Source of the DNA: an uncultured Actinomycetes bacterium
GTDB lineage: Bacteria; Actinomycetota; Thermoleophilia; UBA2241
Assembly: GCA_963725665.1 (NCBI GenBank)
Contig: CAVRZA010000001.1
Coordinates: forward strand, 320,001-384,000
Direction: 5' to 3'
DNA length: 64,000 bases
Shown piece after piece: positions 1 to 9,953 of the stretch; within the stretch, counting starts at the first letter, position 1, and every line of letters starts with the position of its first letter. The notes beneath the pieces are model-generated. The model saw only the letters and a list, made by a program, of their open reading frames with translations, was not told the DNA's origin and ran no database searches. A program made the position numbers and the translations under genes.

Positions 1-3000
1 CGACACGGCAGAGAGCCCCCCCGTCTGGCCGGCCGACCCCGAGAGCCTGGTGCGGCGCTCGCCGCGTCGCATCCGCGCGCTGACGCCGGCGGCGGAGGGA
101 GGAGGCTCCGTTGTCTGGCTAGACAACGGAGCCGCCGCACGCGTCGTGGGCAGCGCGACCCCGGCAGTCCTCGGACTCGACCTCGGGTCGACCGGCTCCA
201 AGGCCGTCTTCCTCGACCCTCGCAAGGGCGAGCCGCTGGCAGACGTGTACCGGCGCACCGAGGGCAACCCCGTGGAGGCGGCGAAGGCCCTCGTCGCGGA
301 GCTGCTCGAGCGCTCCCCCGTCGATGTGGCTGCGATCGGCGTCACAGGCTCTGGTCGCGACGCCGTCGCGACCGTCCTCCGCGCCGCCTACCCCGACCTT
401 GGCGCGCGCCTCACGGTCCTCAATGAGATCGTGGCCCACGCCGCGGCCGCTGTGCGGATCGACCCCGACGGCGGCGCGAGCCTCTCGATCGTGGAGATCG
501 GCGGCCAGGACTCCAAGTTCATCAACGTGCGCGACGGACGCGTGGTCGAGTCCGACATGAACCGGGTGTGCAGCGCCGGCACGGGATCCTTTCTCGAGGA
601 GCAGGCGATCGCGTTCGGTCTCGACGACATCGCCCGGTTCGGCGAGTTCGCGGCGCGCTCCGAGCGGCCGCCCGACCTGGGACAAACGTGCACCGTCTTC
701 GTGGCCGACGTGGCCGCCGAAGCGCTGGCCGAGGGCTACAGCCGCGACGACATCTTCGCCGGGCTGCAGTACTCGGTGATCCGCAACTACAAGGGCCGCG
801 TGATGGGCGACCGGCGGTTCTTCGAGCGCGTCTTCTTCCAGGGCAAGCCGGCCAGCAACCCGTCGCTGGCGCGCACGCTCGCCGCCGTGACGGAGCGCGA
901 GGTCGTCGTGCCGGAGAATCCGGGAGCCATGGGCGCCATCGGCATCGCGTTGCTGGCGGGCCGGGCCGCGGGGTTGAGCGAGGACGGCAACGGACGAGCC
1001 GTGCGCGACTCAACTGCGGGTGTACGAGTTGTGAGCACCGAGCCGCCGATCGACCTCGAAGGCTTCCTCTCGGCACGCGTCGCGGAGCGACGCGAGTGGC
1101 GCTGCGGCGATCGCCAGTGCAGCAACTTCTGTCGCCTCGAGACGGCGACCGTCGAGGTCAACGGCGACAGGCGCAAGATCGTCAGCGGTGGCACCTGCCC
1201 CAAGTACGACGCTGTCTCGGAAGGTGGGGTGAAGCTGCCCAAGGACGCGCCCAACGCCTTCCGCGAGCGCGAGGAGCTGCTGGGGGAGATGCTGCGGGAG
1301 GCTGCCGCGGCGCGGGCAGCAAGTGGGCCGGCGGACGCTGTCGAGGCAGAGGGACGGGAGATCGCCCTGCGGGTGGCCGTGCCGCAGGCGCACTACCTGA
1401 TCGACTTCCTGCCGTTCTTCGCCACGTTCTTCGCCCAGCTCGGTCACGAGGTCGAGGTGCTCAAGCCGAGCGACGCGGCGCTGGCCGACGGGGACCGGCG
1501 CTGCACGGCCGCCGGCGCGTGCGCGCCGGTCAAGATGGCCCACGGCCTGGTGACCCCCGATGCCGACGTGATCTTCACGCCCAAGTTCGTGCACGCGCCG
1601 TACCCGAACGCCGGCGCCGGCACCTTCACCTGTCCGCTGGCGCAGGGCACGCCCGAGCTGGTGGAGAGCGCCCTTCGCGCGGAGGGCAACGAGGTGCGCG
1701 TGCTGCGCCCCGTGTTCATGCGCAAGGATGGGGAGGACCTGGGGTCGGTCTCGTTCGTGCGCGAGCTGCTGCGCTGCGCGCAGCAGCTCGCGCACGAACG
1801 CCGCGCTCACCTGGTGCCGCGCTTCGTGCGCGCCTACCGCACGGCGCTGGCGGCGCAGCGGCGCTACGAGCGCGGCCTGCGCGCGATCGGCGAGCGCTCG
1901 CTCGCCTACGCACGCGCGCAGGGGTATCCCGTGGTGCTCATGGCCGGTGAGACGCACGTGGTGCACGATCCGGTGCTCAACTCCGGGATCCACGACCTGG
2001 TGGCGGCCAACGGTGCTCTGGCCGTGCCGGTCGACTGCTATCCCGTGCCAGACTCGGTGCCGCCGCTGGCGCGCGTGCACTGGGCGGCCGCGAGCAGCAC
2101 GCTGCGCGCCGCCATCGCCGCGAGGCGGGCCGGCGACGTCTACCCGCTGCTGCTGGGCGCCTACGGGTGCGGTCCCAACTCGTTCGTCGAGCACCTCTTC
2201 AACGACCTGCTCGCCGATCATCCGCACACCGTGCTCGAAAGCGACGGACACGGCGGCAAGGCCGGTTACGTGACGCGCGTGCAGGCGTTCCTGCACGCCG
2301 TGCGCTCGCATCGTGAGGAGGAAACGGTGCGAGCCGGGCGCTCGTTGGGGGAGCAGAGGGTCCGGGCCGGGGTGGAGGGCAGTGAAGAGACGCTGCTGCG
2401 CATCGAACGGGCTGCGGCAGAGAAGCGTCTCGCGCGCTACGACGTCCCCGTGCCGCGCAGGCTGCAAGGCAACGAGCACCGCAAGATGTACTTCGGCAAC
2501 GTCGGCGGCGCGCTCGGGCGCCAGCTTGCGGCCGCCATGCGCGGCGCCGGGCTCGACGTGGAGTTCGTAGGGGCGACCGACGCCGAGGCCCTGCAACGGG
2601 CGCGCGACGTGTGCTCGGGCAAGGAGTGCCTGCCCTACCAGCTCATCTGGGGGACCCTGGCGCGCTTTCTCGAGGAGCACGAGGCGGACGTTGCCGGTGA
2701 CAGCTCGGGGAGCGACGGTCCCCGCGCCGGCGACGGCTCGGGCGACGGGTCCGGTAACGGCGGCTCCGGCGACGGCCGACGGTCCGGGAGCGGCAACGGC
2801 AACGACGGCGACCTGCCGCTCTTCATCAGCATCGGGCGCGGCTTCCAGGCCTGTCGGGCCAACGTCTTCCCGACGACGCAGGAGATCGGCCTTGCCGGCC
2901 TGGGCCTCGGCGACCGTGTCGAGGTGGCCGACTTCACGCTGCTCTTCCAGGACTGGACCCTCACCGGGGTGGTATGGGCCGCCATGGTGGCCGTCGACCT

Positions 3001-3886
3001 GCTCAACGCGATGCGCTTCTACCGCTACGCGACCGAGCCCGAGCGGGGCGACGCCGACCGCGTCTTTGAGGAGTACGCCGACCGGCTCGAGGAGCTGCTC
3101 GCGCGGCCGCGCCGGGACGGCGCGGCCGCGCGCAACGGCGCTGGCCTGCTCACGCGGGCGAGGCGAAACGTGGCCGAGATCCGCACCGCGCTGGCCGAGG
3201 TCGAAGAGCTCGTGGCAGACGCGGCGCGCACCTTCGCCCGCCTCGCGGACGGCTCGCCTGACCGCCGCGACCTACGCGACGTCTTCCTCTGCGGCGACAT
3301 CTACCTGCGCGTCGACGAGTGGGGCAACGACGACCTGCAGCGCAAGCTCGCCGACCAGGGCCTGCGTCCCATCATGGAACCCTTCGGCGAGTTCTTCGAG
3401 CTCCTCTGCCTGCGCGACGTACAGGTGCACGGCTACACGTCGCGCAAGGGACTGGAGCGGGCGGCGGCGCTGCGCATCATGCGCTACATCGTCGGCGGTT
3501 TGCTGACCGCCGCACGCCGGCACGAGCCGTGGCTCTTCTGGCACGACGTCGGCGATGTGCAGGACGCGAGCCGCGAGCTCTTCGACGGCGTCCCGTTCGG
3601 CGAGTCGATCCCCACCATCGGCGGCGCCCTGCACACGTGGCGCAGCGAGCCGATCGACGGCGTTGTCGTAGTGAGCCCGCGCGGATGCGGTCCGGCGCTC
3701 GTCTCGGAGGCGCAGCTCCGCCGCCACGGCGAGCTGCCCCTCCTCTTCGTCTACAACGATGGCGACCCCATCGACGAGGCGCGCCTGGCCGGTTTCGCGT
3801 GGCGCCTGCGCGCCACGCCGAGCCGGCGGCCATCTCCGCCCTCGCGGGCAATGGTCGGTTTTTCACAAGTTCACGAAGGGCACTAA
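1..3886 (+). CDS. CoA-substrate-specific enzyme activase (BcrAD/BadFG/HgdC-type ATPase) fused to DUF2229/dehydratase-like domains; 5' partial
   Basis: Frame is open from position 2 with no start in the window. Motifs: GLDLGSTGSK, IVEIGGQDSKFI, MNRVCSAGTGSFLEEQA, CTVF, a CxxxxCxNxC...GGTCPKY cluster, CAPVK, CGPNSF, ECLPY. Confidence 0.88.
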   Translation, partial: DTAESPPVWPADPESLVRRSPRRIRALTPAAEGGGSVVWLDNGAAARVVGSATPAVLGLDLGSTGSKAVFLDPRKGEPLADVYRRTEGNPVEAAKALVAELLERSPVDVAAIGVTGSGRDAVATVLRAAYPDLGARLTVLNEIVAHAAAAVRIDPDGGASLSIVEIGGQDSKFINVRDGRVVESDMNRVCSAGTGSFLEEQAIAFGLDDIARFGEFAARSERPPDLGQTCTVFVADVAAEALAEGYSRDDIFAGLQYSVIRNYKGRVMGDRRFFERVFFQGKPASNPSLARTLAAVTEREVVVPENPGAMGAIGIALLAGRAAGLSEDGNGRAVRDSTAGVRVVSTEPPIDLEGFLSARVAERREWRCGDRQCSNFCRLETATVEVNGDRRKIVSGGTCPKYDAVSEGGVKLPKDAPNAFREREELLGEMLREAAAARAASGPADAVEAEGREIALRVAVPQAHYLIDFLPFFATFFAQLGHEVEVLKPSDAALADGDRRCTAAGACAPVKMAHGLVTPDADVIFTPKFVHAPYPNAGAGTFTCPLAQGTPELVESALRAEGNEVRVLRPVFMRKDGEDLGSVSFVRELLRCAQQLAHERRAHLVPRFVRAYRTALAAQRRYERGLRAIGERSLAYARAQGYPVVLMAGETHVVHDPVLNSGIHDLVAANGALAVPVDCYPVPDSVPPLARVHWAAASSTLRAAIAARRAGDVYPLLLGAYGCGPNSFVEHLFNDLLADHPHTVLESDGHGGKAGYVTRVQAFLHAVRSHREEETVRAGRSLGEQRVRAGVEGSEETLLRIERAAAEKRLARYDVPVPRRLQGNEHRKMYFGNVGGALGRQLAAAMRGAGLDVEFVGATDAEALQRARDVCSGKECLPYQLIWGTLARFLEEHEADVAGDSSGSDGPRAGDGSGDGSGNGGSGDGRRSGSGNGNDGDLPLFISIGRGFQACRANVFPTTQEIGLAGLGLGDRVEVADFTLLFQDWTLTGVVWAAMVAVDLLNAMRFYRYATEPERGDADRVFEEYADRLEELLARPRRDGAAARNGAGLLTRARRNVAEIRTALAEVEELVADAARTFARLADGSPDRRDLRDVFLCGDIYLRVDEWGNDDLQRKLADQGLRPIMEPFGEFFELLCLRDVQVHGYTSRKGLERAAALRIMRYIVGGLLTAARRHEPWLFWHDVGDVQDASRELFDGVPFGESIPTIGGALHTWRSEPIDGVVVVSPRGCGPALVSEAQLRRHGELPLLFVYNDGDPIDEARLAGFAWRLRATPSRRPSPPSRAMVGFSQVHEGH

Positions 3887-4004
3887 GGCCATAAGGGCGT
3901 GGATCGCTCCCGTCTGAGGCATATGGTCCGAGGGGCAGGCCCCCGGCCGACAAACGGGCCGAGGGAGTGATCTCCTCGGTGTGACAAACGAACCGAGGCA
4001 TGGG

Positions 4005-4907
4005 ATGAGTGCTCCGATACTGGTCACGGGTGCCACCGGCAAGGTCGGCGGCGCGATGGTGAAACGGCTGCTGGCGGCCGGCGCGCACGTGCGGGCCGCC
4101 GCGCACTACCCCGACAGGGGGGCTGCCGACCGGCACGACCCGGTCGACTGGGTCGAGATCGACTTCAACCGGCGCGACTCGCTGGCGCCGGCCTTCCGCG
4201 GCGTCGAGAAGGCAGTGCTGATCACGCCCGAGGACGTGGCCATGGTGTGCCAGACGGCAGAGCTCCTCGATGCCGCTCGTGCCGCGGGCGTATCACAGGT
4301 GCTGCGCGTATCGTTCCTGAACGCGGCCGACGACGGTGCCGGCGGGCCTCTGCTCGCGTGGCATCGCGAGGCCGAGAAGCTGGTCGAGGAGTCGGGCATC
4401 TCGTACACGATCCTGCGTCCCAACTCCTACATGCAGAACTTCGTTACCACCTACTCGCCGAGCATCCACCTGAAGGACGCCTTCTTCACGCCCATGGGGA
4501 AGGGGCGGATCAGCTACGTCGATGCGCTCGACGTCGGCGACGTGGCGGTCGAGGTGCTGCTGGGCGGCGGCCACGAGGGCAAGGTCTTCTCGCTCACCGG
4601 GCCCGACTCGCTCTCACATGATGAGATAGCGGATATCCTGAGTCGCGAGGTGGGCCGGCCGATCCGCTACGTCGACGTGGGCGAGGACGACGCCTGCAAC
4701 GCGTTGCACCGACGCGGCGTCTCACCGGAGCTGACCGCCGTGCTATGTGAGCTGTGGCTCGACATGCGGCGCGACAAGTTCGCGCCGCTGGCCGACGGTG
4801 TGGAAGAGGTCATCGGTCGCAAGCCGACGTCGTTCGAGCAGTTCGCGCGCGACCACAAGGCCGAGTTCAGCCTCTCGCCGCTGATCAAGACCAGCCCGGC
4901 TCGCTAG
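4005..4907 (+). CDS. NmrA-like/atypical SDR NAD(P)H-binding oxidoreductase
   Basis: ILVTGATGKVG Rossmann motif, ILRPNSYMQN, LTGPDSLS; ATG at 4005 (alternative GTG at 3981). Confidence 0.85.
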   Translation: MSAPILVTGATGKVGGAMVKRLLAAGAHVRAAAHYPDRGAADRHDPVDWVEIDFNRRDSLAPAFRGVEKAVLITPEDVAMVCQTAELLDAARAAGVSQVLRVSFLNAADDGAGGPLLAWHREAEKLVEESGISYTILRPNSYMQNFVTTYSPSIHLKDAFFTPMGKGRISYVDALDVGDVAVEVLLGGGHEGKVFSLTGPDSLSHDEIADILSREVGRPIRYVDVGEDDACNALHRRGVSPELTAVLCELWLDMRRDKFAPLADGVEEVIGRKPTSFEQFARDHKAEFSLSPLIKTSPAR

Positions 4908-6244
4908 TCTCGGACCGGGTACTCAAGCGCGTACTCGGGCTCGGCGGCGTAGCCGGGCGCGAGGCCGAAGCGGTCGACGTCGGCGCAGCTGCGGGCGCCC
5001 TCCGTGTCGGCGACGCAGCTCCACTCGTGGCGCAGCGTGGGGGCGGCGGCGGCGAGGCCGGCGAGGGCGACGCCGCCGCCCAAGGCGAAGATCCAGCCGC
5101 CGATCATGTCGTAGAGGATAGGCGCCGTCAGCGTACCCAGGAGCGCGGTTAGCTGCATGGCCGTCTGCTCGGCGCCCTGGATCGTCCCCAGCCAGCGCGG
5201 CGGGCTCACCTGCACGAGGAACGCCTGCTTGGCGGGGAACGCCACGGCGAAAGCTGCGCCGCCCACGAGCATGGCCACGAGGTAGGCGCCGAGGTCGTGT
5301 GTGAGCGAGAAGACGAACCAGCTCGCGCCGACGATCGCGAAGCCGCCCACCATCAGCCTGAAGCGGCTGTAGCGGTCGGCGATGCCGCCGCCGACGAACG
5401 CGAAGACCATGGGCACGCTGAACGCGATCCAGGTGAGGCCGACGACCGTCATCGAGGCGCCGATGTCGCGCAGCCAGATGCTCCAGATGACCTCCCAGGC
5501 GCCCATGGCGAACTCGGCCGCCGCCACGACGGCGATGATGGCGACCACGGGTCGCGTGAGCAGCCGTCGCAGCGGCGGCCGCTTGCGCGGCGCGCTCTGG
5601 CGCCGGGCGCGCGCTCGCACCGGCTCGCGCAGGAAGAGCAGCAGAACGAGGGCCACTGCCGCCGTGAGCGCCGCCCCGAAGATGAAGATGGTGTAGAAGG
5701 CCCAGGCGCCCTGGCCGCCGCCGAGCGCGTAAAGGGGCCAGGCGAGGGCCGGTCCGATGATGAGGCCGCCGAACTGCGCCGAGGTCAGCCAGCCATAGGC
5801 GCGGCTGCGGTTCTCGTTGCTCGTGATGTCGGCGACGAACGCTTGCGCGGCCGGGACCACCGCAGCCGCGCCCATCCCCTCGATGAGGCGGAAGACGACG
5901 AACCAGCCGGGCTGGGTGGTGGTGACGAAGAGCGCCGTGGCCACCGCGTAGAGCACCGTCCCCAAGATGATCATCGGCTTGCGTCCCACCCGGTCGCTTA
6001 GGTGCCCGAACCACGACGAGAAGGCGAAGACGCCGACGAAGTAGGCGGCGGCGATCAGACCGATGAGGCTCAGCGAGGCGTGGGTCTGCTCCTTGAGGAA
6101 CACCGGCAGGTAGGGGAAGATGGCTCCCGCCCCGAGCCACACCGTGAAGTCGGTGCCGGCAATGAGGGCAAGCTGCGCCCGTCCCTTGGCCAGGCCAGAG
6201 GGGAGCGGAGCGTGCTCATGCGCCGGTGTCGGCAGTGCGCTCAT
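4904..6244 (-). CDS. MFS transporter (DHA1/TetA-like)
   Basis: About 12 hydrophobic helices; motif A GHLSDRVGRK and GGIADRYSR; start taken at MSALPT. Confidence 0.88.
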   Translation of the reverse strand: MSALPTPAHEHAPLPSGLAKGRAQLALIAGTDFTVWLGAGAIFPYLPVFLKEQTHASLSLIGLIAAAYFVGVFAFSSWFGHLSDRVGRKPMIILGTVLYAVATALFVTTTQPGWFVVFRLIEGMGAAAVVPAAQAFVADITSNENRSRAYGWLTSAQFGGLIIGPALAWPLYALGGGQGAWAFYTIFIFGAALTAAVALVLLLFLREPVRARARRQSAPRKRPPLRRLLTRPVVAIIAVVAAAEFAMGAWEVIWSIWLRDIGASMTVVGLTWIAFSVPMVFAFVGGGIADRYSRFRLMVGGFAIVGASWFVFSLTHDLGAYLVAMLVGGAAFAVAFPAKQAFLVQVSPPRWLGTIQGAEQTAMQLTALLGTLTAPILYDMIGGWIFALGGGVALAGLAAAAPTLRHEWSCVADTEGARSCADVDRFGLAPGYAAEPEYALEYPVRD

Positions 6245-6410
6245 CTTTCCGTTGGGATTCGTGTCGGACGCCGGCCGTGGGATACGACATCGACTTCCCG
6301 GTGTGTCTGGGTCGGCTTCTCTGTCTCTACCCGGCGGTGAAATCCGCCAATCCCGCCGGACGCGGGCGGGTAGCGCAGCGGCCCTCACCTTGGCCGCCCC
6401 TGGCCGCTGT

Positions 6411-7196
6411 CTAGGCTCGATCCTCCGCGATCGTCCGCACGAGGAGCGGCAGGACCTCGCCGCCGGGTCCCTGCAAGAAGGCGTGCGCCATGCCTGCAAG
6501 CTCGTCGGGCTCCGGGTTGACGTCGATGAGGAAGTCGCCCGACTGCAGTGCCAGCAGCGGCATCGAGGCCGCCGGCTGTACAACCCCGGAGGTGCCGACC
6601 ACGAGCATCACGTCGCAGCGTCGCGCGACATCGAGGGCGCGCGTTATCGCCTCGTGAGGGAGCTGCTCCCCGAACCAGACCACGTCGGGGCGGATGAGGT
6701 CGCCGCACTTGGGGCAGCGAGGCGGCTCCGCCGCCTCGCTGCCCGACAGGTCGTCCCACGTGAACCCTGTGTGACGCTCGCCCAGGCACTTGAAGCGGGC
6801 CGCGCTGCCGTGCAGCTCGATGACGTCGCCCGACCCGGCGCGCTGGTGCAGCCCGTCGATGTTCTGCGTCACCACGATCACGGAGGGCACGTGGCGCTCG
6901 AGCTCCGCCAGCGCCACGTGCCCCGGGTTCGGCTGCGCCTCGCGCAGCTTGCCGAAGCGCTCGCGGTACCAGCGCCACACGAACGCTGGGTCGCGCAGGT
7001 AGGCCTCGCGCGTGGCGAGGTCCATCGGGTCGTACTGGGCCCAAAGCCCTTCGCCGGGGTCTCGAAAGGTCGCGATGCCGGACTCTTTCGAGACCCCGGC
7101 CCCGGTGAAGACGACCACGCGCTGTGCGCTCCCCACGCGGTCGGCCGCCCGGCGCAGGTCGCGGTCGAACCGCTCATCGGAATACATCCCGCCCAT
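6411..7196 (-). CDS. cobB: NAD-dependent protein deacylase (class III sirtuin)
   Basis: GAGVSKESGIATFR, TQNIDGLHQRAG, ELHGS, RPDVVWFGE, GTSGVVQPAA; YxxR (WYRER) acyl-pocket signature. Confidence 0.92.
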   Translation of the reverse strand: MGGMYSDERFDRDLRRAADRVGSAQRVVVFTGAGVSKESGIATFRDPGEGLWAQYDPMDLATREAYLRDPAFVWRWYRERFGKLREAQPNPGHVALAELERHVPSVIVVTQNIDGLHQRAGSGDVIELHGSAARFKCLGERHTGFTWDDLSGSEAAEPPRCPKCGDLIRPDVVWFGEQLPHEAITRALDVARRCDVMLVVGTSGVVQPAASMPLLALQSGDFLIDVNPEPDELAGMAHAFLQGPGGEVLPLLVRTIAEDRA

Positions 7197-7200
7197 GGGA

Positions 7201-8562
7201 CTACGTTGCCACGGGCAGGGTGACGGTGACTGCGAGGCCGCCGGCCGCGCTGTCCTGCAGGAGCAGCGAGCCACCAGACGCCTCGGCGAGCGCGCGGGCG
7301 ATCGGCAGCCCCAGTCCGGTGCCGGGCGTGGAGTTGTCCAGCCGCCAGAAGCGGTCGAAGGCTTGCGCCTTCAGTTCGTCTGTGAGGCCGGGGCCTTCGT
7401 CGGCGATGACGATGCGGTGCTCTCTCTGGCCGGGGGATACGGTCACCGAGACACGCGTGTCGGCGGGCGAGACGGTTATCGCGTTGTCCACGAGGTTGTC
7501 GAGTATCTGCTCGACCCCGCTGTGGACGGCCCTCACGACGACCGGGTCGCCTGGGGAAGTCAGATCCAGTGCGATGCCCGCGCCGTCGGCGATGGCCGAC
7601 CACGTGTCGACTCTCTCGCGGGCGAGCTCCACAAGGTCGACTGGCTCTGGCGCCGCGGTCTGTTCGGCTCTCGCGAGCTTGAGCAGATCGGCCACGAGAA
7701 CGGAGAGCCTGTTCGTCTCATCGATGGCGGCGCTGAGGTCTTCCGCGCCGCCGCTGCCGTCGAGATCGCTCTGCAGGTTCTCGAGGCGAAGCCTCAGCGC
7801 CGTGAGTGGGGTGCGAAGCTGGTGCGAAGCGTCCGCGACGAAGGCCCGGTGTTCCTCCAGGAGCAGGTCGAGTCGCTGCGCCATCGTGTTCATGGTCGCT
7901 GCCAGCGCAGCGATCTCGGGTGGCGCGTCGGGGTCCGGCTCGGCGGCGGCCAGGTCGCCGGTGGCGAACCGGGCCGCCGAGCTGTGGAGCTTGCGCAGGG
8001 GCCGGTTGACGGAGCGAGCGATGGTCCACCCGATGCCGGCCATCACGGCGAGGACGACCGCCGTCACACCGGCCAGGCCGAGCCAGAAGCGATGGACGAG
8101 CGCGGTCACCGCGTGCGTGTCCATGGTCAGGCGCACGGCGCCGTGCACCTTCCCTCCGGAGGCTATGGGGACGGCCACGTAGAGAAGGTCGGTATTGAGG
8201 GTGTCGGACCGCCGCTTGCCGGTCGCGATCCGGCCGCCCAACGCGCTGCGGATCTCAGGGCGAGTGGAGAAGTCGCGGTGGGCGGCTCCGGAGGTGTCGA
8301 TCAGCGAGAGGCCGGCGTCGTCTACGATCACGACTCGCGCGCCGCTGCGGGCCGCGTATCTGCCGGCGGCGTTCGGGTCGATGGAGGCCTCCCGTTCGAG
8401 TGCGTCCTCGTAGAGACTCGCCAGGGTGGTTGCGTCGCGTTCCACATCCACCGTGAGGCGGCCCGTTTCGCGCTGCTGGTAGAAGATGGCCAGGGGAATC
8501 TCGAGGACGACGAGCACGATGGCCGCGATGGTCAGGTAGCTCAGCAGAAGGCGCTTGGTCAC
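7201..8562 (-). CDS. Membrane sensor histidine kinase (HAMP-HisKA-HATPase)
   Basis: Two TM helices, ADASHQLRTPL, NLVDNA, DEGPG, GTGLGL; GTG start overlaps the regulator stop (GTGA). Confidence 0.92.
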   Translation of the reverse strand: MTKRLLLSYLTIAAIVLVVLEIPLAIFYQQRETGRLTVDVERDATTLASLYEDALEREASIDPNAAGRYAARSGARVVIVDDAGLSLIDTSGAAHRDFSTRPEIRSALGGRIATGKRRSDTLNTDLLYVAVPIASGGKVHGAVRLTMDTHAVTALVHRFWLGLAGVTAVVLAVMAGIGWTIARSVNRPLRKLHSSAARFATGDLAAAEPDPDAPPEIAALAATMNTMAQRLDLLLEEHRAFVADASHQLRTPLTALRLRLENLQSDLDGSGGAEDLSAAIDETNRLSVLVADLLKLARAEQTAAPEPVDLVELARERVDTWSAIADGAGIALDLTSPGDPVVVRAVHSGVEQILDNLVDNAITVSPADTRVSVTVSPGQREHRIVIADEGPGLTDELKAQAFDRFWRLDNSTPGTGLGLPIARALAEASGGSLLLQDSAAGGLAVTVTLPVAT

Positions 8563-9233
8563 AGCGGTGCAGGGCCCTCGACTAGGCGGAACCCGACGCC
8601 GCGCACGGTCTCGATGGTCTCGGGGGCGAGCTTCTTGCGCAGCGAGGCCACGTGTACGTCGAGGGTCTTGGTGGAGCCCCACCAGTTCTCGTCCCACACC
8701 GCCTCGATGATCTGCTCTCGCGTGTGGACGGCGTCGGGGTCACGGGCGAGGTACACGACAAGGTCGTACTCCTTGGGCGTCAGCGCCACCGGCTGCCCAG
8801 CGAAGACGACGCTGCGCCTCCGCGTGTCGATCTGCAGGAGCCCGATTTCGATGCGAGGCGCGGGTTGTGCAGGGGGCTGTTCACCGCTGGTCCGGCGAAG
8901 AACGGCGCGGATGCGTGCGACGAGCTCGCGGAACCCGAAGGGCTTCACCACGTAGTCGTCGGCCCCGAGCTCGAGCAGGGTCACGCGATCGATCTCCTCG
9001 CTGCGGGCGGTCACCACGATGATGGGGACGCTCGAGCGCTCGCGAAGGTGTCTACAGACGACCCGTCCGTCGAGGTCGGGGAGGCCGAGGTCGAGCAGCA
9101 CCAGATCGCACTCGCGCGCGGCGAGCGCCCCGGCGCCGCTGACCGCCAGATCGACGTCGAACCCCTCGCGCTGCAGACCCTTGCGGAGCGGATCGGCGAT
9201 GGAGAGGTCATCTTCCACGAGCAGTAGACGCAC
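8559..9233 (-). CDS. OmpR/PhoB-family response regulator
   Basis: LLVEDD, LLDLGLPDLDG, GADDYVVKPF, winged-helix end ETVRGVGFRL. Confidence 0.95.
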   Translation of the reverse strand: MRLLLVEDDLSIADPLRKGLQREGFDVDLAVSGAGALAARECDLVLLDLGLPDLDGRVVCRHLRERSSVPIIVVTARSEEIDRVTLLELGADDYVVKPFGFRELVARIRAVLRRTSGEQPPAQPAPRIEIGLLQIDTRRRSVVFAGQPVALTPKEYDLVVYLARDPDAVHTREQIIEAVWDENWWGSTKTLDVHVASLRKKLAPETIETVRGVGFRLVEGPAPL

Positions 9234-9282
9234 CCGCCTATGTTCGCACGGAAATCGTCGCGAGACAGGGGACGGGCCGAAT

Positions 9283-9300
9283 CTTTACCGAACCTTAACC
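9283..9300. promoter_or_regulatory. Putative OmpR-type direct-repeat binding site
   Basis: CTTTACC (9283-9289) and CTTAACC (9294-9300), 11-bp spacing, in an AT-richer patch between the divergent regulator and apbE operon. Confidence 0.5.
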
Positions 9301-9383
9301 TTGTTCTGGGCCTCCCTTGGGTCGCCGCTCTGTAGGCTTCGCCCGAAGGAACCTCCGGGCCCGCTCGAGAGAGGAGTCCAAGC

Positions 9384-9953
9384 ATGGCACACCGCACCGC
9401 CCTGATCACCGCCGGCTCGATCGCCATCGTGGTCGCCGCCGCCGCCGTGGCCATCGGCGCGAACTTCGGCATCCTCAGCGTCGCGGATTCGCGGCCGGTC
9501 GGGAAGCTCTCGGCGTCGGCCGCAGTGCAGACGGGCGCCTCGCCGATGGCTTCTGTACCCACCGGTAGCCGGAAGGTCGCCGTGACGCAGAAGTACATCA
9601 TCAAGAAGGCGGGGACGGTGAGCGTCGCCGCCTCGAAGGGCGGTCTGCGGCTGGTCGATGTGGCCTCGAGATCGGGCTGGAAGTGGGCGCTGGCCCAGAC
9701 CACCGACAAAAGGCTCACCATCACGTTCCGGTCGCACGCGCGCACCTATAAGTTCGTGGCCGTTCTCGGTCGTCACCGCACCATCGTGGCTCGGGTCGAC
9801 GAGCCGGTCACCAAGGTGGTGCCGTCGCGCTCGACGGCTGTGGTCGCTTGGTCGGCGGCGCCGGCGACCGCCTCGGCGGCTCCGGCGGTCACGCACGGCG
9901 GCGAATCCGATCACGGCGACGACGGCGGAGGAGGTGCAGGAGCAGATGACTGA
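9384..9953 (+). CDS. Membrane-anchored/secreted hypothetical protein (apbE operon gene 1)
   Basis: SD GAGGAG; N-terminal hydrophobic helix; TGAS at 9531-9542; His/Asp/Gly-rich tail. Confidence 0.75.
   Translation: MAHRTALITAGSIAIVVAAAAVAIGANFGILSVADSRPVGKLSASAAVQTGASPMASVPTGSRKVAVTQKYIIKKAGTVSVAASKGGLRLVDVASRSGWKWALAQTTDKRLTITFRSHARTYKFVAVLGRHRTIVARVDEPVTKVVPSRSTAVVAWSAAPATASAAPAVTHGGESDHGDDGGGGAGADD

Noticed and set aside
3850-3880. TTCACAA as a Rex box upstream of the NmrA-like gene
   Set aside because: Only one half-site matches, and it lies within the activase 3' end.
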